Below are positions 57,557 to 64,000 of a stretch of DNA of 64,000 nt, piece after piece. The position numbers and the translations under genes were made by a program. Below the pieces are notes generated by a model. The model did not search any database. It saw nothing but the letters and a program-made list of their open reading frames with translations, and was not told the origin of the DNA. How positions within the stretch are numbered: the first letter of the stretch is position 1; every line of letters begins with the position of its first letter. The stretch is from a virus (Duplodnaviria; Caudoviricetes). The DNA lies in IMG/VR virus record IMGVR_UViG_3300012665_000674, positions 8,599 through 72,598 of that record; one strand, given 5' to 3'.

Positions 57557-58786
57557 TTAATCTTTATCCTTAAACAAGTCATTATATAATTCAGGAATAA
57601 AATCTTTTATATTCCTATTTCTATATTTGTCAGACTCTATAATAAAATATTTTGCATCATTAATTAGTGCTTCATTAGTTGTTTTTGGTTCATCCAAAAG
57701 GCCTAATACTAAATTAATATTTTGTTCATACGAAGGATTAATATTAGGTTCTTTTTTAATTTTATCTAACAACTCAAATAATTTTTGTTTACCTTGCTGA
57801 CGATGTTCTACTGAACTAATATTTAAATTAGTATAATCAGGATACACTACTCTAGTAATTAGAATACCTGAATTTAAATTATCGTATTCCTTACTAATAT
57901 TAAACCAATACTCAATCAGATTTCCTATATCTATGCAGTTATAAAGGTTTAGTGTGGCACTGAGACTAGCACTAAATTTTGATTTATTGTCTTTAGCATG
58001 TTGTAGTATAGTGCGTAAGTTGGTATCAGTTTTATTCCATTTAAAAGGATATCTAATGTATTCATTAACTTTATCAAATCCATCGATTGAAACATTAAAC
58101 CCAACAGATTTAAAATTACCCCAAAGGTTAATTAATTCATCATTAATTCCTGTCAAGTTAGTAACGTATGACAACTCAATATTTTTACTTTTATTTTGAC
58201 TAATTAATTTTTCCAACATGAAAACATGTTCTTCGATAATTGTTGGTTCTCCGCCCAATAAAGTTATGTGTTCTAAGTTTGGATATGTATCAAGTATTTC
58301 ACTGATACTATTTTTATGTATTTGACTTGAAAATGTTACTAATGGTAAGTGAATACGTCGGGTCTTAGACCATATTTTACTAAATTCATCTGTCCATAAA
58401 TCGCTACTTGACGGCCCACACATCATGCATTTACTATTACACTTATTACCAAAAGCATAACTTAGGTATCGCATGTCATTAGGATCAACAAACTCGGTTA
58501 TAGGTATGTTATATTTTTCTAATGCATTATTCCATATTGTACGCAGTGAGATAGAAGAAAGTTTTTCACCTTCTTGACAATTACTACATGCTGAATGAAA
58601 CTCTCCGTTTATAAGTGACCTGCGAATTTGACGTAATGGTTCAATATTAATTCGGTCGGCATGCGGAAGCCTATCATTTTGTTTTTTATTAAGAACAGAG
58701 TCCCTAGCAACGCAACAAATTGAATAATTGTTGTTTGCTCCTATATTGACTGAGCCGAATGCCAAATCACATCTAATTGGTTCCAT
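57557..58786 (-). CDS. radical SAM protein with N-terminal SPASM/twitch-like Cys cluster
   Basis: CNSKCMMC (CX3CX2C), LGGEP, N-terminal C..CC..CSNC. Confidence 0.9.
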   Translation of the reverse strand: MEPIRCDLAFGSVNIGANNNYSICCVARDSVLNKKQNDRLPHADRINIEPLRQIRRSLINGEFHSACSNCQEGEKLSSISLRTIWNNALEKYNIPITEFVDPNDMRYLSYAFGNKCNSKCMMCGPSSSDLWTDEFSKIWSKTRRIHLPLVTFSSQIHKNSISEILDTYPNLEHITLLGGEPTIIEEHVFMLEKLISQNKSKNIELSYVTNLTGINDELINLWGNFKSVGFNVSIDGFDKVNEYIRYPFKWNKTDTNLRTILQHAKDNKSKFSASLSATLNLYNCIDIGNLIEYWFNISKEYDNLNSGILITRVVYPDYTNLNISSVEHRQQGKQKLFELLDKIKKEPNINPSYEQNINLVLGLLDEPKTTNEALINDAKYFIIESDKYRNRNIKDFIPELYNDLFKDKD

Positions 58787-58789
58787 AGT

Positions 58790-59068
58790 TTATAGCCACC
58801 TCAAGTGTATTAATGCTAATAATTCTTCACGGACAAGATAGATAGCACGATGCCTACCACCGTATGCTTCCCACAAATTTTTGTCTTGTGTTTCAATCCA
58901 ATCACCAAACCAATAACGACAGTTTAAACGATACCATCTATATCCATCTTCTCTGAGCCAACCATACTTGTCGCCTACATCAAAATAGTACATGTTATCA
59001 CGACCGAAAGGGCCGCAATTAGTGTAGACCCAATTTTCTGACCGCTGTAGTTCTACACTCATAGCCAC
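58790..59068 (-). CDS. small FxLxW-family protein
   Basis: DWIETQ...YLVREELLALIHLRWL; closest to 56728..57027. Confidence 0.75.
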   Translation of the reverse strand: MAMSVELQRSENWVYTNCGPFGRDNMYYFDVGDKYGWLREDGYRWYRLNCRYWFGDWIETQDKNLWEAYGGRHRAIYLVREELLALIHLRWL

Positions 59069-59298
59069 CTCAAATTGAAGTGGATAGCATCACGCTCGTC
59101 ATAGAAGAAGAACTCCGTATATTCTTCTGTTGGATGCCACTCAAACTTAGTTCCAGGCAATCCATACTGCTCAATAGCCCATGCATATATTTCATTCCAT
59201 GCTTCTACACTGGCTCTCCCCGTACGCAATTCAAGTGTGACTTTAGTAGCCTGCTTGCTTGAGGGTGTCACTGATTTGTTTTTTAAGTTCTGGTTCAC
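59059..59298 (-). CDS. small FxLxW-family protein
   Basis: AWAIEQYG...FFFYDERDAIHFNLRWL. Confidence 0.78.
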   Translation of the reverse strand: MNQNLKNKSVTPSSKQATKVTLELRTGRASVEAWNEIYAWAIEQYGLPGTKFEWHPTEEYTEFFFYDERDAIHFNLRWL

Positions 59299-59956
59299 GA
59301 TGAAACTTCAATGCCCATTGTTCTGGATTGATATAGTCTGATATTATTTTAACTTGATCTGGATTTAATGATTCTAAAAATTTTACACCACTATCACTAC
59401 AATACAACATCCAAGGACTAATTTTACCAGATGTGATTGCATAACAAATTTTATTAGCATTCCCATATCTTAAAATATCGTTAGGTTGAATGCCTGCATC
59501 AGTTGCTATAGTTATGCATTGTTCTACACTACGATGTATAGCATCAAATGCATCTTCTATTTTTAAATGGTCTATTAAATATTTTGTGTAAACTGAATCA
59601 CTAGTCCAGTTATCTATTTTAATTTGATTCTTTAATAACCAATCTACCAATCTACTAGGATTTACTGCATTAATATTCACGCAGTAATTACCAAATTTTA
59701 CAAATGCAATATAGTATGCGCTACTGATAAATTCTTCGTAGGTTTTATGTTTTTTACTTGCAGTGTTCTTTTTATAAAACTGAATCCAAGACTGAAACCC
59801 TAAACGATTTCCGTGCTTGTCTTTTTCCATCCATCTACGTTTGTGTTCACATACGTGTTTTAACACCGTGCTTTCTTTTAAGAAGTCACGTTTGCAAAAC
59901 TCACATCCGTATTTTGCGGGTAAATCAGTTGCCAAGTTCTCTTTCATATTCTGCAA
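59243..59956 (-). CDS. hypothetical protein with N-terminal C2HC zinc finger
   Basis: CEFCKRDFLKESTVLKHVC. Confidence 0.7.
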   Translation of the reverse strand: MQNMKENLATDLPAKYGCEFCKRDFLKESTVLKHVCEHKRRWMEKDKHGNRLGFQSWIQFYKKNTASKKHKTYEEFISSAYYIAFVKFGNYCVNINAVNPSRLVDWLLKNQIKIDNWTSDSVYTKYLIDHLKIEDAFDAIHRSVEQCITIATDAGIQPNDILRYGNANKICYAITSGKISPWMLYCSDSGVKFLESLNPDQVKIISDYINPEQWALKFHREPELKKQISDTLKQAGY

Positions 59957-60518
59957 TTTGTTTATCAGTTATAACTTCATTTAATGTTTCGATATCAGTT
60001 TGTTTTAGATTAGGAAATAGTTTTGCTAATTGACATTTTCTTTTATGTGACGTTACAAATATTTCAGATACTTCGGTGATATCAGATTCGTTTGCTTTTG
60101 GATATATCTTCTTGTAGTATTCTTTAATGTCTTTGAGTTTAGCAGGTGCTTCTAATTTACCTACTTTCTGATTGATGCCAGGAATCCATTGATGAAATTG
60201 TTTGCCTACACCCGGGCTACTTGCACACAACATCAGCCATTGTAGTTTAGGGTGTTTCTGTACATTCTCATTGAAATAATGTTTGTTAGCATGATACTCA
60301 ATGCTTTGCAAATAATATTGTTGTAAGTCCGAAGAACCTTTGATAGCACTAGCCCAATGAATCATCATGTAGGCTACAAATTTTCGTTGTTGTTCTTCTG
60401 TTAGTCTATCATAATAATCATAATCTTTTTTATCTATAGCCGCTAATGCGTCAAACAAATCAAAGTCTTGTTTTTCAAATTTCTCGTCAACAGGTACTGC
60501 GGGTTTTCTAGTTGCCAT
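59925..60518 (-). CDS. putative clamp loader small subunit (T4 gp62-like)
   Basis: FVAYMMIHW, HPKLQW..KQFHQWI, IKEYY; gp44 is present in the window. Confidence 0.55.
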   Translation of the reverse strand: MATRKPAVPVDEKFEKQDFDLFDALAAIDKKDYDYYDRLTEEQQRKFVAYMMIHWASAIKGSSDLQQYYLQSIEYHANKHYFNENVQKHPKLQWLMLCASSPGVGKQFHQWIPGINQKVGKLEAPAKLKDIKEYYKKIYPKANESDITEVSEIFVTSHKRKCQLAKLFPNLKQTDIETLNEVITDKQIAEYERELGN

Positions 60519-60519
60519 T

Positions 60520-61020
60520 TTAAAATGCCTGTGAATAATCTACTATTTCGCAATTACGACTAATTTCTTTTACAAAATAAACACATCTAGGTTTATCACC
60601 ATCATCAATAGGAACACACAAGAATTGCCCGTTCTTTAATCTAGGTGCATACCAAGTTACATCATGGTAAATATCTACAATCTCAATTGGTAAAAAGCTA
60701 GGACTGAAACTTGTTATTGGATTGAATTCAAAAGCATTGAATCCTCTATCATTAATACTTGTTAGTGGTAATGTTTCTAAGTCTCCGTGTTCTTTTTCTC
60801 CAATTAATATTTGCCAATCAACTGGCATCTTTATTGTACTATTACCTATCTTTAGTACTAGTGCCGGAGCACTGAAACTCTCTAAGAATATTAATGGAAT
60901 ATAATGATAGTCTACATTACTAGTATTGCTATTATCTAGTATTGCAAACCTCAAGTCATCAATCTCTTCCGGAAGTGTCTCTAGGTTATAAAATGTATTG
61001 TCTAATGTTAATATTCGCAT
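60520..61020 (-). CDS. hypothetical protein, possibly degenerate Hint fold
   Basis: MRILTLDN..NLETL, IKMPVDWQIL, IEIVDIY..VTWY resemble Hint blocks; catalytic Cys/His absent. Confidence 0.5.
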   Translation of the reverse strand: MRILTLDNTFYNLETLPEEIDDLRFAILDNSNTSNVDYHYIPLIFLESFSAPALVLKIGNSTIKMPVDWQILIGEKEHGDLETLPLTSINDRGFNAFEFNPITSFSPSFLPIEIVDIYHDVTWYAPRLKNGQFLCVPIDDGDKPRCVYFVKEISRNCEIVDYSQAF

Positions 61021-61026
61021 AGTGTT

Positions 61027-61055
61027 ATTCTATCATTTATATGAAAGTTTTTCAA
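61027..61055 (-). promoter_or_regulatory. sigma70-type promoter, predicted leaderless
   Basis: TTGAAA-17-TAGAAT, 6 nt before the ATG. Confidence 0.65.
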
Positions 61056-62490
61056 TATCAAATGGATAGTTAGCCTCTTTATAATAAGTTTTTCTTTGTG
61101 TTAAATGTCTTTTGGCGAATTTACAGGAGCTTGTGATATCCCATATTTGTACGAAATCTTTGTCCTCAGCTTTGCGGATGCCACGACCAATCGATTGGAT
61201 AACCCGTACGAAACTCTTCCCAGGTTCAATAAGAACCAGATTAAAAATCCTAGGAATGTTAATGCCCACCGCAGCCACACCATATGTAGCCACGATAATC
61301 TTGTTTGTACTAGTGGCAATTTCATCGTATTCCTCTTTTCTTTCATTCATGTGGGTGTTGCCTGAAACAAACACAGCATCAGGTAATCTACTAATCAATT
61401 CTTTGCCTGCATTCACTCTATCTACTAAAACTAGGGTGTTGCCTGATTCTTTGACTTTTAAAATCAATTCTGCCATAGTGTCTAGCCTCTTTTTATCTTC
61501 TAATAAATGCTTTAACTCACTTTGGTAATTACTGAATTCTACATCGTCTTTTAGTTGTACGATATTTACATGACATTGTGCTAGTACACCTTGTTCCTGT
61601 AGTTCGCTTGCACTCAGTTTACTAATAACAGGGCCTAGACTAACAAACAAAGATTGTGCTTCAAATTTAGCTTTGGGAATAGTTCCAGTTAAGCCCCAGC
61701 GAATTGGAACCTTAGAAAATACACCTGTTAATAATGTTTTAAGTGCATCAGCTTTTGCCATATGTACTTCATCAACCATAACACAAACTACGCCCTCAAT
61801 GAAGTCACCAATTTCTACTTCTGCTTCACCTGCTTTTGTTTTCTTAAGCATGTTGTTCAGGCTTTGCCAAGTACATATTGTGTGTGTCTTGTTGTATTCT
61901 TTTCTATCACCAAAATAAACACCAACATCTAATCCTAGATTAATATAATCTGCTTCTGTTTGTGTTACTAAACTTTTGTTTGGTACAATAACAATACTTC
62001 GACCATATTGTTCTACACTATGACTGAGCGTAGCTGTCATCAATGTTTTACCTGCACCCGTAGCAATCTCTTGTAGTGATTGTGGGTTCTTTAAGAAGTT
62101 GTTAACAATACTTATTTGATAGTCACGCAATACAACTGGTTGACCTTCAATAGGATGTCCTTTAGGCCAATTCTTATGCTTGAACGTATCCTCGGACACT
62201 TCATCAAATTTAAAGTTTGTTGTATAATCTCTAGTATCTTCTAGTTCAATATCATATCCTGCCCTGTCAAGTACAGGTAATATCTCTGCTAGTAAGTTGA
62301 TGTATGTGCTACCAGCCAAACTAAAATAACTTACCTTTCCATTCCATCTACCAAGTTTAACGCTTGGTAAATATCTAGCGCCCGGAATATCATACTCAAA
62401 CATCTTCATTAATGCTCGGCGTTCCCCTAATTCAAGCCCCTCAAGTTTTACGTTGACTTCATCTTTAACTATAATTTTACATTGTTTCAT
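61033..62490 (-). CDS. uvsW: SF2 DNA helicase (UvsW-like)
   Basis: LRDYQ, ATGAGKT, DEVH, GLTGT, QSIGRGIR. Confidence 0.9.
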   Translation of the reverse strand: MKQCKIIVKDEVNVKLEGLELGERRALMKMFEYDIPGARYLPSVKLGRWNGKVSYFSLAGSTYINLLAEILPVLDRAGYDIELEDTRDYTTNFKFDEVSEDTFKHKNWPKGHPIEGQPVVLRDYQISIVNNFLKNPQSLQEIATGAGKTLMTATLSHSVEQYGRSIVIVPNKSLVTQTEADYINLGLDVGVYFGDRKEYNKTHTICTWQSLNNMLKKTKAGEAEVEIGDFIEGVVCVMVDEVHMAKADALKTLLTGVFSKVPIRWGLTGTIPKAKFEAQSLFVSLGPVISKLSASELQEQGVLAQCHVNIVQLKDDVEFSNYQSELKHLLEDKKRLDTMAELILKVKESGNTLVLVDRVNAGKELISRLPDAVFVSGNTHMNERKEEYDEIATSTNKIIVATYGVAAVGINIPRIFNLVLIEPGKSFVRVIQSIGRGIRKAEDKDFVQIWDITSSCKFAKRHLTQRKTYYKEANYPFDIEKLSYK

Positions 62491-63494
62491 TTAATATCTA
62501 TTGGTTGTGAATTTACAAGTTGAATTATTTTTCCAACTCTGAATAAATCATTTGGTGATCCGAATTTACTTTTAAGTTTAATCAGTACTGGGAACTTAAA
62601 AGAATTCTCATTAGGAGGGACAGTAGTATTAATATCAGTATATGTTATATTTGCTTCTGTTAATTGTTTTCTTAACAAAGAAATATTTGCGGCTATTAAT
62701 GAAGATCCAGAAAAATAAACATGGTCACAATTGATTTCTTTTAGCCAGGATACTATATTTAGCATGTTTGATACTTCAACTTTACTAAACCTATTAGCAA
62801 AAAATGATTCTCTTTCATTTGTTGTATCATACAATTCAGTATCAACATCCACACCATAAAATACTAATGTAGATAGTGTGATAGGGTCTGTATCTAATTT
62901 TATATCTTTTATAGCCTCATCTAAGTATGCGTTTGATGCGGCTATCAATAAGTTATTGTTTACTCTTACCAATGTTGGTTGCCAATACTTTGCTGTTTCA
63001 TAAGGTAATAGTTCATCAATTATTTCTAATGTTTTTTCACAGTAATGTATTGTTTCAAAAAACTTATTAGCAATATCAATAAGAAATTTTAAAGAATAGA
63101 TTCCGTATTTGAGTTCATACCATCTATTTTCTTTATTCCATGCAAATTTGTTTAGTGGTTGATTTCTAAACTCGTTGATGAAAATTCTGTTATACGGACA
63201 CTTGAAAATAATTGTGTTGTTCTCTATAGAAATATGTCCGTCAGTATATTGAGGTGTACTCTGAACCACCTTCATTGTCCAAGGTAACTTTACAAGTTGT
63301 TCAGGAAATAATTCATGCTTTGCAAATTGCCTATTATATTTGTATATTAGCTTATTGAACAACCCTATTTGATTGGTGGTGACCTGTGAAATTGAGGCTA
63401 GACTGGCAATGAACCTTTCATCATAATGACTAAGGCTAATATCTTTACCTTGCATAAAGTAAATTAAGTGTTCTGCTGTTTTCAATTCTACCAT
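62487..63494 (-). CDS. hypothetical protein (start MVELKT)
   Basis: ATGA-type overlap with uvsW; promoter directly before the ATG at 63494. Confidence 0.75.
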   Translation of the reverse strand: MVELKTAEHLIYFMQGKDISLSHYDERFIASLASISQVTTNQIGLFNKLIYKYNRQFAKHELFPEQLVKLPWTMKVVQSTPQYTDGHISIENNTIIFKCPYNRIFINEFRNQPLNKFAWNKENRWYELKYGIYSLKFLIDIANKFFETIHYCEKTLEIIDELLPYETAKYWQPTLVRVNNNLLIAASNAYLDEAIKDIKLDTDPITLSTLVFYGVDVDTELYDTTNERESFFANRFSKVEVSNMLNIVSWLKEINCDHVYFSGSSLIAANISLLRKQLTEANITYTDINTTVPPNENSFKFPVLIKLKSKFGSPNDLFRVGKIIQLVNSQPIDIK

Positions 63495-63500
63495 TTTTAT

Positions 63501-63529
63501 ATTATATACAGTCTTAACAAAAAATGCAA
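63501..63529 (-). promoter_or_regulatory. sigma70-type promoter, predicted leaderless
   Basis: TTGCAT-17-TATAAT, 6 nt before the ATG. Confidence 0.7.
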
Positions 63530-63539
63530 ACAAACAGGT

Positions 63540-63565
63540 AAAAAAAGGGAGACCTTAGTCTCCCC
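63540..63565 (-). terminator. intrinsic terminator
   Basis: GGGAGAC-TAAG-GTCTCCC followed by a T-run. Confidence 0.85.
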
Positions 63566-63584
63566 TGAAAAAACGCTATCAACG

Positions 63585-63698
63585 TCAAATAACTTTGCGA
63601 ACCTTTAATACTTTGAAACCTGATTCTTTTGCTTCTTCAGCCTCGTATTTGGTTTCTACACTATACAGATAAAGATCACCATCCCATACTTGATACAT
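63585..63698 (-). CDS. small protein (37 aa), absent from the ORF track
   Basis: AAGGAG RBS; MYQVWDGDLYLYSVETKYEAEEAKESGFKVLKVRKVI*; followed by a terminator. Confidence 0.7.
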   Translation of the reverse strand: MYQVWDGDLYLYSVETKYEAEEAKESGFKVLKVRKVI

Positions 63699-63761
63699 AA
63701 AACACTCCTTTAAAAATAGGGTGGGGACTTATTGACATTGCCCCTCGCCTTCACACGGCAA

Positions 63762-64000
63762 TCATTGTTCTTTCATGCAAGTTGCTTTAGCAAGATTTTG
63801 CCAATTGTTAGGACTAATCTTAACCAAATCTGCAATCTTCAAAGCCATACGCAAGGACACTTCACGCAATTTAGTATGATTGTCCCACATGAAACTCATA
63901 ACTTCGGTAGATTGTTCCTCAGTAAAATCATAGTCACTGAACAAACCACCATCAGCATCACGATGGACCTGCTTGATACGCAACATTTTGTCACGCTCAC
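63762..64000 (-). CDS. 3' end of a gene entering from the right, possibly AAA+ ATPase lid
   Basis: frame open to the window edge; LREVSLRMALKIADL looks sensor-2-like. Confidence 0.5.
   Translation of the reverse strand, partial: ERDKMLRIKQVHRDADGGLFSDYDFTEEQSTEVMSFMWDNHTKLREVSLRMALKIADLVKISPNNWQNLAKATCMKEQ

Noticed and set aside
54526-59298. Stop-codon reassignment fragmenting one long gene
   Set aside because: The ORFs lie in different frames with coupled starts and each ends in the same motif; core genes are full length under the standard code
63720-63760. GC-rich possible RNA structure upstream of the 37-aa ORF
   Set aside because: Stems are short and imperfect; cannot be supported without covariation data

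Overview
64-kb segment of a large, AT-rich, T4-like (contractile-tailed, probably jumbo) bacteriophage genome read with the standard genetic code; most genes lie on the minus strand. It holds virion genes (tail sheath, tail tube, neck gp13/gp14/gp15, gp4, small terminase, fibre and Ig-like proteins), replication genes (clamp loader, DnaB/gp41 helicase, primase, UvsW, exonucleases), a proteostasis/host-derived set (ClpA, DnaJ, GroES, YccA/BI-1, PhoH, IscA, MazG-like, NUDIX) and scattered lysis genes. The most unusual features are: (1) a miniaturised C-family DNA polymerase (DnaE) split without an intein into two genes about 40.5 kb apart, the break falling just before the catalytic DxD motif; (2) a tandem array of about 13 small divergent paralogues ending in F-x-L-x-W, whose terminal codons double as the start codon or RBS of the next gene; (3) an expression logic built on apparently leaderless mRNAs, GATAAATA late promoters and RBS-occluding hairpins; (4) a tRNA-sized four-way-junction RNA in a structural gene leader. 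All calls come from motif recognition by eye; no database searches were run.
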